NCBI GenBank assembly: GCA_030433255.1
Contig: JAUIMI010000001.1
Span: forward strand, 23,378-87,377
Length of the DNA stretch: 64,000 nucleotides
Reading direction: 5' to 3'
Source: a bacterium
Lineage (GTDB): Bacteria > Patescibacteriota > Minisyncoccia > Phycocordibacterales > UBA1006
Each line of letters begins with the position of its first letter. The stretch's first letter is position 1. The notes under the pieces were generated by a model, which ran no database searches, had not been told where the DNA came from, and saw nothing but the letters and a program-made list of their open reading frames with translations. Shown piece by piece: positions 7,554 to 18,324 of the stretch. Made by a program: the position numbers and the translations under genes.

Positions 7554-8765
7554 ATGAAAGATACAAAGATAAAAAATCTACTCGCGGCAGAAAAAAAACG
7601 TCAAAAAAAAGTGGTTAATTTGATTGCATCAGAGAACTATGTATCTGATGATGTGCTCAAGGCTCTTGGTTCAGAAACGACAAACAAATATGCGGAAGGA
7701 TATCCAGGAAAACGATACTATGCAGGAAATGTTATTGTAGACCAAATTGAAACCTTGGCGCAGGAACGTGCATTAACATTATTTAAACTTAATCCTAAAA
7801 AATGGGGGGTTAACGTACAACCACTTTCAGGTTCACCAGCAAATATTGCTGTGTACCAAGCGTTAATAACACCAGGTGCAAAAATTATGGGAATGGATTT
7901 AGCTCAAGGAGGACACCTTACTCATGGACACAATGTGTCATTTTCTGGAAAATTCTGGAAACAAGTCCCATATACCTTGGACAAGAAAACAGAAAAATTA
8001 GACTATGATGCACTGCTTACATTAGCTAAAAAAGAAAAACCAGCCATTATTGTCGCAGGGTACACCGCTTATTCACGAAAAATTAGCTGGAAAAAAATGC
8101 GCGAAATTGCAGACACCGTTGGTGCATATTTATTGGTTGATATGTCACATATTGCAGGGTTAGTTGCAGGTGGAGAACATCCAGCACCATTCAAATATGC
8201 GCACGTTGTTACCACAACAACCCACAAAACATTACGTGGTCCACGTGGAGGAATGATTTTTGCACCAAAAGATGTTTTTATAGAACGAACCTTAAAAAAT
8301 GGAACGCTAAAAAAAGAAAGTATTTTTGATCTCATTCAAAAATCAGTTTTTCCTGGTATGCAAGGCGGACCACACATTAACCAAATTGCAGGAATTGCTG
8401 TGGCACTAAAGGAAGCAAACACGGCATCATTTAAAAAATATGCTGGGCAGGTGGTAAAGAATACTAAAACTTTAGCAAATGAATTAAAAAAACTTGGTTG
8501 GAGAATTATTTCTGGTGGAACTGATAATCATGTATTTTTAATGGATGTATGGAATGATGGGAAAGGTCTTACAGGAAAAGAAGCTTCAGATATATTAGAA
8601 GCTGCCGGAATTATTGTAAATATGAATACGATTCCATATGACGCGCGGTCCCCATTTAATCCTTCTGGTATCCGTATTGGTTGTGCAGCTGAAACAACGC
8701 GTGGTAAAAAAGAAAAAGATATGCTACAACTTGCTCGCCAAATTGATAAAATTTTGCGAAAATAG
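7554..8765 (+). CDS. glyA: Serine hydroxymethyltransferase
   Basis: YAEGYPGKRYYAGN and the PLP-lysine region VVTTTTHKTLRGPRGG. The start is taken at MKDTKIKNLL (7554), not the upstream ORF start 7428, which lies inside the terminator. Confidence 0.9.
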   Translation: MKDTKIKNLLAAEKKRQKKVVNLIASENYVSDDVLKALGSETTNKYAEGYPGKRYYAGNVIVDQIETLAQERALTLFKLNPKKWGVNVQPLSGSPANIAVYQALITPGAKIMGMDLAQGGHLTHGHNVSFSGKFWKQVPYTLDKKTEKLDYDALLTLAKKEKPAIIVAGYTAYSRKISWKKMREIADTVGAYLLVDMSHIAGLVAGGEHPAPFKYAHVVTTTTHKTLRGPRGGMIFAPKDVFIERTLKNGTLKKESIFDLIQKSVFPGMQGGPHINQIAGIAVALKEANTASFKKYAGQVVKNTKTLANELKKLGWRIISGGTDNHVFLMDVWNDGKGLTGKEASDILEAAGIIVNMNTIPYDARSPFNPSGIRIGCAAETTRGKKEKDMLQLARQIDKILRK

Positions 8766-8769
8766 AATT

Positions 8770-9876
<1,107 letters not shown>

Positions 9877-9896
9877 GGTTTTTTGGTAGATGTTTT

Positions 9897-10748
9897 TTAT
9901 ACTGATATTGGTGCAGAAATTTTATCATGAGGATTGTATCTTTCAAGAGTAAAATCATCAAACGTAAAATCATCAATATTTGTGATATCAGGATTAATTT
10001 TCATTATAGGCATTTCTCTGATATCATTTTCCCGTGATAATTGAAGCTCAACCTGATCAAAGTGATTATTGTAAATATGCATATCTCCAAAAGTATGAAT
10101 GAATTCACCTGGCTGGTAACCGCATACTTGGGCCATCATCATGGTGAACAGTGCATATGATGCAATGTTAAAAGGTACTCCTAAAAATGTGTCAGCGCTT
10201 CGTTGGTATAGTTGGCATGATAGTTTTCCATCAGCTACATAAAACTGAAAGAATGCATGGCAGGGAGGAAGTGCTGCTTTACCATTTGCTACATTTTCAC
10301 TAAAACTTTTTGAAGTATCAGGCATAACACTAGGGTTCCATGCAGAAACTAACATTCTTCGTGAATTTGGATTATTTTTTAAGGTATCAATAACTTCTTT
10401 TAATTGATCGATATCATCATCATTCCAATTACGCCATTGTTTCCCATACACAGGCCCCAGGTTTCCATGTTCATCAGCCCATTCATTCCAGATACGGACA
10501 TTATTTTCTTTTAAGTAATTAATATTCGTATCTCCTTTTATAAACCATAATAGTTCGTAAATAATAGATTTTAGATGAACTTTTTTACCTGAGATTAATG
10601 GAAAACCTTTTGATAAATCAAAACGCATTTGATATCCAAAAATACTTTTTGTTCCTGTCCCTGTCCGGTCACCTTTTTGATGTCCATTTTCAACAATATA
10701 TCTCAATGCGTTATTATAGATAACATCTACATTTTTTAAATCTTTCAT
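9897..10748 (-). CDS. thyA: Thymidylate synthase
   Basis: [19 protein letters not shown], folate-binding region, active-site region [12 protein letters not shown]. Confidence 0.92.
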   Translation of the reverse strand: MKDLKNVDVIYNNALRYIVENGHQKGDRTGTGTKSIFGYQMRFDLSKGFPLISGKKVHLKSIIYELLWFIKGDTNINYLKENNVRIWNEWADEHGNLGPVYGKQWRNWNDDDIDQLKEVIDTLKNNPNSRRMLVSAWNPSVMPDTSKSFSENVANGKAALPPCHAFFQFYVADGKLSCQLYQRSADTFLGVPFNIASYALFTMMMAQVCGYQPGEFIHTFGDMHIYNNHFDQVELQLSRENDIREMPIMKINPDITNIDDFTFDDFTLERYNPHDKISAPISV

Positions 10749-10805
10749 AATTATTTTAGTTTTAAGGTTTATTTTTAATAATAAAATTTAAAAAATAAAA
10801 GTCAA

Positions 10806-11207
10806 TTATTTCTCAATTTTACAATGATTAAAATTGGCAACATATTGTTGAGCATTTACATCTTTTACAAATTTTCCATCGATTAATGTTCCAGTTCGAG
10901 AGTTAATTTCTCGAAACCCTTCATCCATTACACAGCTCGGATCATATCCTAATTTTGCCATTGCTCCTGTTGAGAAGATAATAATATCAAACAGCGCATC
11001 AATAATCTTATCAGCATCTTCTGTGCTATCTTTAGTAATTTCAGAAGCGAGTTGTTCAGCACGTTCTCGAGCACTTATGCTGTCATAGTTTCCAGTGCTT
11101 TCTAATAACTCTTCAAGAATAAATGAAACTTCTTTTTGGTGATTGAATCCCTTTTCAATAAGTCCACGTTCATTATTCCATGCAACAATTTTTTCAAACA
11201 TATTCAT
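10806..11207 (-). CDS. Hypothetical protein, possibly MazG/dimeric-dUTPase-like all-alpha NTP pyrophosphatase
   Basis: ILEELLEST and DALFDIIIF acidic motifs reminiscent of the MazG family. Weak. Confidence 0.3.
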   Translation of the reverse strand: MNMFEKIVAWNNERGLIEKGFNHQKEVSFILEELLESTGNYDSISARERAEQLASEITKDSTEDADKIIDALFDIIIFSTGAMAKLGYDPSCVMDEGFREINSRTGTLIDGKFVKDVNAQQYVANFNHCKIEK

Positions 11208-11269
11208 ATTTTAATTATATCAAATTTGATATAATTATGTTATATTTAAAAAAACTTAAATTATAAATT

Positions 11270-11965
11270 ATGTCAAATTATAAAAATGGAAAACTCATAG
11301 TTATTGATGGTACAGATGGTTCAGGAAAAGCAACCCAAGTACGAGCAACAAAAGAACGTTTTGAAAAAGAAGGTTTTTTAGTAGAAACGCTCGATTTTCC
11401 GCGTTACTATGATAATTTTTTTGGAAAAGAAATTGGAAATGCTCTTGCTGGTAAATATGGAGATTGGGCAGGAACCCATCCTAAAATAGCATCTGTGTTA
11501 TATGCCGCTGATAGATTTGAATCATCACAGCAAATTAGAACATGGATTGAAGAAGGAAAAATTGTCATTCTTGATAGGTATGTTTCTTCAAACCAAATCC
11601 ACCAAGGTGGAAAAATCGATGATGAGCATGAGCGAAAAAATTTCCTAGGATGGCTTGATACTATGGAGCACGAAATTTTTGGTATTCCACGACCAGACCT
11701 TATTTTATATCTCAATGTTCCTTTAAAAATAACCCAAGAATTATTAATTCAAAAGGGGAATAAGGAATCAAAAAAATACCTTGAAGGACGCGGTGATCAA
11801 CATGAAGATAATATTGAACATTTAGAAGCAGCAAAAGAATCTGGGCTTAAAATGATTGCCGAAACAAATAATTGGCATAAAATTGAATGTACAGAAAATA
11901 ATCAACTCCAATCAGTCGAAGAGATTAACAATAAAATTTATGCAAAAATAAAAGAGCTTCTTTAG
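11270..11965 (+). CDS. tmk: Thymidylate (dTMP) kinase
   Basis: P-loop LIVIDGTDGSGKATQ and the DRY motif region. Confidence 0.85.
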   Translation: MSNYKNGKLIVIDGTDGSGKATQVRATKERFEKEGFLVETLDFPRYYDNFFGKEIGNALAGKYGDWAGTHPKIASVLYAADRFESSQQIRTWIEEGKIVILDRYVSSNQIHQGGKIDDEHERKNFLGWLDTMEHEIFGIPRPDLILYLNVPLKITQELLIQKGNKESKKYLEGRGDQHEDNIEHLEAAKESGLKMIAETNNWHKIECTENNQLQSVEEINNKIYAKIKELL

Positions 11966-11988
11966 GCTCTTTTTGTTATACTAAAATT

Positions 11989-12522
11989 ATGAAGAACATA
12001 ATTTTAGCCATTGTCATAATTTTTATTTTAGGTATTGGATGGTACCTAATATCACCGGTGTTTATTGATAATACCGTTAATGAATCAATTCCTATTCAAG
12101 ACATATCTGTTGAGTATAATGATTCTGATACCGTAGATATTACCAGCGATATTATTATTGGAAATGATATTGTTATGAATGAACCTATGATGGAAATGGA
12201 ACCAACAACCAGCGTAGAAACACGTGGTTCATTTGTTGATGCTGATAATTTCCATAAAGGATCAGGAGAAGTAAAAATAATCAAAGATGGAGAACAAACA
12301 TTTCTTCGTTTTGAAAATTTTTCAGTTACCAATGGTCCAGATTTATTTGTGACTTTAAATAAAGGAGATTCTCCAAAAGATGACTATATTATTGTTGAAC
12401 CTCTCAAGGGAAATAAGGGAGATCAAAATTATGATATTTCAAAATACAATATTAATGACTATCAATCAGTCTCAATCTACTGTAAAGCATTTTCGGTAGA
12501 ATTTGCTACAGCACAATTATAA
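11989..12522 (+). CDS. DM13-domain protein with N-terminal TM anchor
   Basis: GSGEVKII.DGEQTFLRFENFSVTNGPDLFVTL...LKGNKGDQNYDI matches the DM13 domain signature (F.NF.v.nGPDL.V.L). Confidence 0.5.
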   Translation: MKNIILAIVIIFILGIGWYLISPVFIDNTVNESIPIQDISVEYNDSDTVDITSDIIIGNDIVMNEPMMEMEPTTSVETRGSFVDADNFHKGSGEVKIIKDGEQTFLRFENFSVTNGPDLFVTLNKGDSPKDDYIIVEPLKGNKGDQNYDISKYNINDYQSVSIYCKAFSVEFATAQL

Positions 12523-12562
12523 AAAACCTTATCGGTTTTTTATTTTAGGTTATACTGCACAT

Positions 12563-13270
12563 ATGAATTCGACACTTATACTTTCTGATACACACATAGG
12601 GTCAGTTTTTTTTGAAAAACGTTGCAGAGCCTTGTGTGATCTCATTTCAAAGTTCGATCAAATTATTCTTAATGGGGATTTTTTAGATGATTTTTGGGAT
12701 TATGAAAAAACCATTCATTCATCATGGTTTGAGCTATTTACTATTCTCAAAGATAAAAAAGTTATATATCTTTTTGGTAATCACGATAGAGATACCGATG
12801 AAATACGACGAGCAACCGAAGATTTTGTAGATATATATTCTGATAGCTATAGTATTTCAGTTGCTGATAAGGAATTATATATCATGCATGGACATACTAT
12901 CTATCCACGTCCTGACGGTATTCTTTATGAAGAACAAAAAACCTCTATGGGTAAAATCATGCAAAAAATTGCTCGCAGTATATGGCGTTGGCTATATCCA
13001 TTAATTTTAAAGATTCGTTTTATTATTGAACAATACCCAAAAACATTGGCAAAATTACAACGGCCAATTATTCAACATCAGAATGAGCGCATGAAAGAGT
13101 ATGCCAAGAAGCACTTATTACCACATCAGATTCTCGTTTGTGGACACAGTCACTACAGAGAGGATGCACGTGAAGAACAATTTATTAACACCGGAGCAAA
13201 TTGTTATGAACGTTTAGAGTATGTTTCTATTATTGATGCAGAAATTAAGCTAAAAACCCAAGATTTGTAA
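12563..13270 (+). CDS. Calcineurin-like metallophosphoesterase
   Basis: LILSDTHIG, GNHD and MHGH motifs. Confidence 0.65.
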   Translation: MNSTLILSDTHIGSVFFEKRCRALCDLISKFDQIILNGDFLDDFWDYEKTIHSSWFELFTILKDKKVIYLFGNHDRDTDEIRRATEDFVDIYSDSYSISVADKELYIMHGHTIYPRPDGILYEEQKTSMGKIMQKIARSIWRWLYPLILKIRFIIEQYPKTLAKLQRPIIQHQNERMKEYAKKHLLPHQILVCGHSHYREDAREEQFINTGANCYERLEYVSIIDAEIKLKTQDL

Positions 13271-13283
13271 TCTTGGGTTTTTA
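13253..13283 (+). terminator. Terminator AAAACCCAAGAT-ttgta-ATCTTGGGTTTTT
   Basis: Perfect 12-bp stem plus T-run. Confidence 0.6.
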
Positions 13284-13364
13284 CTGAAAATTCATGTTAT
13301 GATTCGTTTTATGTTTGTTAAAAAAATAAAAAACTATTCTCTTGTTAAAAAATTAGATGTACTC

Positions 13365-14675
13365 ATGAATAATTTTTTTACTTATCTCGATACTAAAAAA
13401 TATACTTTAAAAAGTGCCCAAGAATTAGAACAGAAATTGCACGATACTCTTTCGTTAGACACACCTCTGGATAATAAATCAGATTTTATTGAGGCGGTTG
13501 CTGGTGTTTTTAATGCGACGCGCCCAACACGTGGGAAAAATTTTCATAATCTTCTTTTTGGTGGTGCTGATACTTCTTCGGTTCTTGCTGATATGTTAAC
13601 ACCTGTTATGAATGTAACGATGCACACCTATAAATCAGGAGGTGTACATATTTTATTGGAAAATGAAATTGTTCAAAAAATGATACAAAAAATTGGTTGG
13701 ACTAATGGAGATGGTGTTATTACATCTGGTGGTTCTATTTCTAATTTATATGGAATGTTATTAGCTCGAAATAATGCTGACCCTTTGTTTCAAGAGCAAG
13801 GTAAAACGAAAGAATTATCTTGCTATGCTTCAGAACTATCACATTACTCAGTTGTTAAAAATGCATCTGTAAGTGGTATTGGTAAACAATCTATTCATTT
13901 TATTCCAACTGATGATGCAGGTAGAATGGATTCAATAGCGCTTGAGGAGTCTATTAAAAAAGATATAAAAGAAGGGAAAAAACCATCATTACTTCATATT
14001 ACCTCTGGGACTACTGTTCGTGGTTCTTTCGATAATATTAAGGTGTTATTAAATATTGCTCGAGCATATGGTATGTGGGTTCATGTTGATATTACATGGG
14101 GATCTGGAGTGTTTTTTAACTCCCAACTTCGACGTCTTATTGATGGAATAGATGCTGTTGATTCTGTTGCATGGAATCCACATAAATTTATGGGGATTCC
14201 GTTAACCGCTTCTGTATTTTTAACACAGAAGAAGCATGCACTTAAAGATGCTTTTCGTGTTGATTCCGAGTATCTATTTCAAACAGAATCCATAACCTAC
14301 AACCCTGGTTTAAAAACATTACAATGTGGTAGGAGAAATGATGCATTTAAAATTTGGGCAGCTTGGAAGCAAGGTGGAGACAAAAAATTTGAAGAAAAGA
14401 TGGATGCACTTCTAGCGCTTCGTAACTATATGCTTGGAATCATTAAGAATAATAAAGAAATTATTTTATTTGAAGAGCCGCAGTATCTAAATGTATGTTT
14501 TCGATTAGAGCATGAAAATGCAAAAGAAAGTTGTCTTCGTTTAGAGAGCGAATACGGAATTCGAGTAAGTCATGCTCATATTGATGGGCAAGATTATATT
14601 CGTTTTATTTTTGTAAATAACACGATAACAAAGAAAGATATTGATTTTTTTATCTCATCACTATTAAAAAAATAA
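13365..14675 (+). CDS. PLP-dependent group II amino-acid decarboxylase (GAD/DDC family)
   Basis: SGGSISNLYGML and the PLP-lysine motif AWNPHKFMG. Confidence 0.7.
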   Translation: MNNFFTYLDTKKYTLKSAQELEQKLHDTLSLDTPLDNKSDFIEAVAGVFNATRPTRGKNFHNLLFGGADTSSVLADMLTPVMNVTMHTYKSGGVHILLENEIVQKMIQKIGWTNGDGVITSGGSISNLYGMLLARNNADPLFQEQGKTKELSCYASELSHYSVVKNASVSGIGKQSIHFIPTDDAGRMDSIALEESIKKDIKEGKKPSLLHITSGTTVRGSFDNIKVLLNIARAYGMWVHVDITWGSGVFFNSQLRRLIDGIDAVDSVAWNPHKFMGIPLTASVFLTQKKHALKDAFRVDSEYLFQTESITYNPGLKTLQCGRRNDAFKIWAAWKQGGDKKFEEKMDALLALRNYMLGIIKNNKEIILFEEPQYLNVCFRLEHENAKESCLRLESEYGIRVSHAHIDGQDYIRFIFVNNTITKKDIDFFISSLLKK

Positions 14676-14678
14676 CAG

Positions 14679-14981
14679 TTAAACTGTTATTTTTTTAAAT
14701 AGAAAATACTTAGTTTCTTGCTCAACTTGCACTTTTCGTGCGTGTGAAATATGTAACACCTTAAAGGGCTGTTTTGAATCGAATTCATTCACATCACCTT
14801 CTTCTAAGGTAAACTCTTCTGTAAAATCTACACCATAATGAGTGTTATATCGAGAGATAATAAATACATTGTTTTCTTTATGTTCGATATGAAACCAAGC
14901 ACCACAACCTTCTCCATAGAGCCACTGTGCAGTAGTTGGGATATTCTTTCCTTTTTTGGGTTCTATTGTTCTTCCGTGCAT
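14679..14981 (-). CDS. Hypothetical protein
   Basis: ORF only. Overlaps the next ORF by 19 nt in another frame. Confidence 0.3.
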   Translation of the reverse strand: MHGRTIEPKKGKNIPTTAQWLYGEGCGAWFHIEHKENNVFIISRYNTHYGVDFTEEFTLEEGDVNEFDSKQPFKVLHISHARKVQVEQETKYFLFKKITV

Positions 14982-15727
14982 AATTTTTTCTTTGAAAAAT
15001 GAATACTGTTTTTAATATGTAGTTTTCCATCATATTTATAATAATGGGCATAAGAGTTAATAACTCGTACGTTTGAAATTGGTGTTGGAGTAACAGTGTA
15101 TGGGATTCGTAAGAGAAATTTTTTCCACCATCCAATATTTCCACGTAAGCTTACTTGGGCAACATAACGAGAACAATTGGTCCCAGGAAAAGCAAAAGGC
15201 CCATAAGGAATAGCGTCTTGTTCATGCATCGCTAATGATTTTTCATGGCATTCTGTAAAATTATCTATATGCTGAAGAGCCGCAATAACATATCCTTCAC
15301 CGTGGTTAGCTTCATGAATATAGAGATAATCTAAAATCTCTTCTATATTTGCGACGGTTCCGTCTTGGTTAAAAATTGCAGTAATTGGTATTTTGATATC
15401 AGGATCAGAATCTTCTATGCGAACTCGTCCATGTTTATGTGGTGTATGGTATCGACCAAAATCAGAATAGTAAATAGCACCAGTACTTTTTTGTATTAAG
15501 AGCATTGCTGCATGTCCAAGGTGCCAAAAACCATTTTTGATAAAGCCTAATTTTTCCATTGGGTAGTCGTACCATTTACCTTCTTTTATTGCTTTTGTTT
15601 CTGGCCATGCGAGTGGCACAATAATCCCGTCATCATGTGTCATATGATTGTATACTATCAACTCACACCATGAAGTCCAGAAGTACTCTTTTTGTTTTAT
15701 AAAAACGAAATGGTATATTTGGTGCAT
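14963..15727 (-). CDS. Hypothetical protein
   Basis: 254-aa ORF, no recognised motif. Confidence 0.35.
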   Translation of the reverse strand: MHQIYHFVFIKQKEYFWTSWCELIVYNHMTHDDGIIVPLAWPETKAIKEGKWYDYPMEKLGFIKNGFWHLGHAAMLLIQKSTGAIYYSDFGRYHTPHKHGRVRIEDSDPDIKIPITAIFNQDGTVANIEEILDYLYIHEANHGEGYVIAALQHIDNFTECHEKSLAMHEQDAIPYGPFAFPGTNCSRYVAQVSLRGNIGWWKKFLLRIPYTVTPTPISNVRVINSYAHYYKYDGKLHIKNSIHFSKKKLCTEEQ

Positions 15728-17519
15728 GAAATTACAAACACAGTGGAATTTATCAGCGCTCGGTTCAGGAATTAACGACCCTGTATTCGCTCAAGAACGA
15801 ACACTCGTTGAAAAAAAATACGCAGCATTTGCTCGCAAATGGAAAAAAGATCAAAGTTTTTTACATGATGAAAAAAGTCTTAAAAAAGCTCTCGATACCT
15901 ACCAAACAATAACAGAATTAGGGACGAAAGAGTTAACGTATATTTATCTTATGCGGCAGGTTCATTCAACTGATATTGCGCTTCAAAAAGCCGAAAAAAA
16001 AGCCGAAGAATTTTATCAAGAGCAAGCCCAAGTTATTCGTTTTTTTGTTTTGACATTAGGAACCATAGAAAAAAAATATCAAAAAAAATTCCTATCTTCA
16101 AAAGAACTCGAAACCTATCATCATTTTTTGAAGGGAATTTTTGATAATGCAGAATTTCTTCTTTCAGAGAAGGAAGAGTATATTTTGTCATTGAAATCTG
16201 GTGTTGCTCATGGAAACTGGCAATCAATGTTGGCAGAATTCCTTTCAAAACAATCACGAGAGGTATTTGTTATGGATGGTAAAAAAACAGTTAAAAAACG
16301 GCAAACCTTTGCTGAAATTCAATCACTTACTCACCATACGAATAAACGTGTACGCAGTGCGGCAGCAACAGCAGTACATGAGATTCTAGCTGAATTTGCA
16401 CCACTTGCAGAAAAAGAATTCAACAGCATTCTCGAAAATAAAAAAATCAATGATAATTTGCGTGGTTACACAAGACCAGATCATGCACGTATTCTTTCTG
16501 ATGATATTAATTTTGAAATTGTTGATACCATGACTGGTGTTGTTACCAATAACTTCAAGCTTGCAAAAGACTACTATACATTAAAATCTCAGTTACTAAA
16601 AACAGAGAAACTAGCCTATCATGAACGAAATGTTCCGGTTGGAAATATTACGTCAAAGCACAGCTACGAACAGTCAGTTGATTTGGTTCGTCAGACACTC
16701 GAACGTATTGATAATGAATTTGTAGAAATTTACAATGATATGATTTATGGTGGACGTATTGATGTATACCCACGAGAAGGGAAACGAGGTGGAGCATTTT
16801 GTATGTATTGGGGATATTCGGATCCAGTGTATGTAATGTTGAACCATACGAATCGTATTACTGATACGACAACACTAGCTCATGAAATTGGTCATGCCAT
16901 TCATGGAACACTTACCAAAAAAGAAGCACCTATCAATTATGATACACCAATGTTTGTTGCAGAAATTGCATCTAATTTTTGTGAAGAATACGTATTTGAT
17001 TTAATTAACGAAGAGCTATCAGACAAAGAACGATTAATCCTCAATATGGAAAAAATTGGTGGAGCTGTTTCATCTATTATGCGTCAGGTTGCAGGATATA
17101 ATTTTGAACGAGAAATTCATGACGTATTTAGAGCTGAAGGATACCTTTCTAAAGAACAGATTGGAACTATCTTCTCAAAACACATGAAATCATATATGGG
17201 TACCTCAGTTACCCAGGATGCAGGTTCAGAAAACTGGTGGGTATACTGGAGTCATTTCCGTAGTCCATTTTACGTGTATACCTACGCGTCTGGGTTACTG
17301 TTAGCAAATGCGATGCGTGCATATGTCAAAGAAAATCCAGCATACATTGATTCAGTTAAAAAATTCTTTTCAACGGGAACGAGTATGTCACCACAAGAGC
17401 TGTTTGATTCTATTGGTATTGATATTACTGATGCAGCGTTTTGGCAATCAGGAATTGATGAGATTAAGGATTTGTTAAAAGAAACTAAAAAATTAGCAAA
17501 GAAGTTAGGGAAAATATAA
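15726..17519 (+). CDS. pepF: Oligoendopeptidase F (M3B family)
   Basis: Zinc motif HEIGHAIHG and the overall length and architecture of M3B peptidases. The start is taken at MKLQTQW. Confidence 0.8.
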   Translation: MKLQTQWNLSALGSGINDPVFAQERTLVEKKYAAFARKWKKDQSFLHDEKSLKKALDTYQTITELGTKELTYIYLMRQVHSTDIALQKAEKKAEEFYQEQAQVIRFFVLTLGTIEKKYQKKFLSSKELETYHHFLKGIFDNAEFLLSEKEEYILSLKSGVAHGNWQSMLAEFLSKQSREVFVMDGKKTVKKRQTFAEIQSLTHHTNKRVRSAAATAVHEILAEFAPLAEKEFNSILENKKINDNLRGYTRPDHARILSDDINFEIVDTMTGVVTNNFKLAKDYYTLKSQLLKTEKLAYHERNVPVGNITSKHSYEQSVDLVRQTLERIDNEFVEIYNDMIYGGRIDVYPREGKRGGAFCMYWGYSDPVYVMLNHTNRITDTTTLAHEIGHAIHGTLTKKEAPINYDTPMFVAEIASNFCEEYVFDLINEELSDKERLILNMEKIGGAVSSIMRQVAGYNFEREIHDVFRAEGYLSKEQIGTIFSKHMKSYMGTSVTQDAGSENWWVYWSHFRSPFYVYTYASGLLLANAMRAYVKENPAYIDSVKKFFSTGTSMSPQELFDSIGIDITDAAFWQSGIDEIKDLLKETKKLAKKLGKI

Positions 17520-17552
17520 AAACACTATTTAGTGTTTTTATATTGTTAAATT

Positions 17553-17599
17553 ATTTTATTGTGTTTTAATTATATTAAATAATTAAAACACAATAAAAT
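17553..17599. repeat. Perfect 20-bp inverted repeat (ATTTTATTGTGTTTTAATTA / TAATTAAAACACAATAAAAT) with a 7-nt spacer, overlapping the start codon of the next ORF
   Basis: Direct reading of both arms. Confidence 0.9.
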
Positions 17600-18281
17600 G
17601 GAATTACTTACTGATAAACCCTTAAGAAATGTTTGCACTTTGGAGTTGCGAAAAATATATGAAGAAATTTTTTACTCCATTGGTTATGGAGAGATAAATA
17701 CATTTGGAAATCCATACCATAAAAATCATGATTATTCTTCAATTCTTAATATTTTTAGAGATAAGTTTGAGGACAAAAGGTTTGGATATAGTATGACAAT
17801 ATTAGAAGAAACCGAAAAGCAATCACATATAGTTTTCGGTTTAAATACCTCAAATGGAGACTGGTCTGCTCTTGTTCGTCTTCGACTTAAATTAATCAAT
17901 AATAAGAAGATTTATTCATTTAATCATTTAAACTTAAGAGGAAAACTTTCTTCGGATGATCAATATTTAATGAATACCAAGGCTGTTACAATTTTTTTTA
18001 ATGAATTACAGAAAGTTTTAGAAAAAAAATCGAAAGAATATGATTTAATAGATAAAGGTTTCTTACGTTTAGATTTGAAAGAGCCACCCAAAGATTTATT
18101 AAAACAAGGATATAGTAAGCCACTAAAGGTAGAGTATTTTACTCGAAACTCATGGGTTGCTACAAATTGTCGTTATTTTTTTGAAACAAAAAGGTTGCGT
18201 GTTTTTGGTAACAATGACGTTGTAAAAGGTTCACTTGAACCACAATTAAATAATGATAGGTTTTTTTGGAAAACTATCTAA
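17598..18281 (+). CDS. Hypothetical protein
   Basis: 227-aa ORF, no recognised motif. Confidence 0.4.
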   Translation: MELLTDKPLRNVCTLELRKIYEEIFYSIGYGEINTFGNPYHKNHDYSSILNIFRDKFEDKRFGYSMTILEETEKQSHIVFGLNTSNGDWSALVRLRLKLINNKKIYSFNHLNLRGKLSSDDQYLMNTKAVTIFFNELQKVLEKKSKEYDLIDKGFLRLDLKEPPKDLLKQGYSKPLKVEYFTRNSWVATNCRYFFETKRLRVFGNNDVVKGSLEPQLNNDRFFWKTI

Positions 18282-18286
18282 AAATA

Positions 18287-18312
18287 AAAGAGCGTTATTT
18301 CGCTCTTTTTTT
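18287..18312 (+). terminator. Terminator AAAAGAGCG-ttattt-CGCTCTTTTTTT
   Basis: Stem plus T-run. Confidence 0.6.
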
Positions 18313-18324
18313 GTTTGCTCAAAA

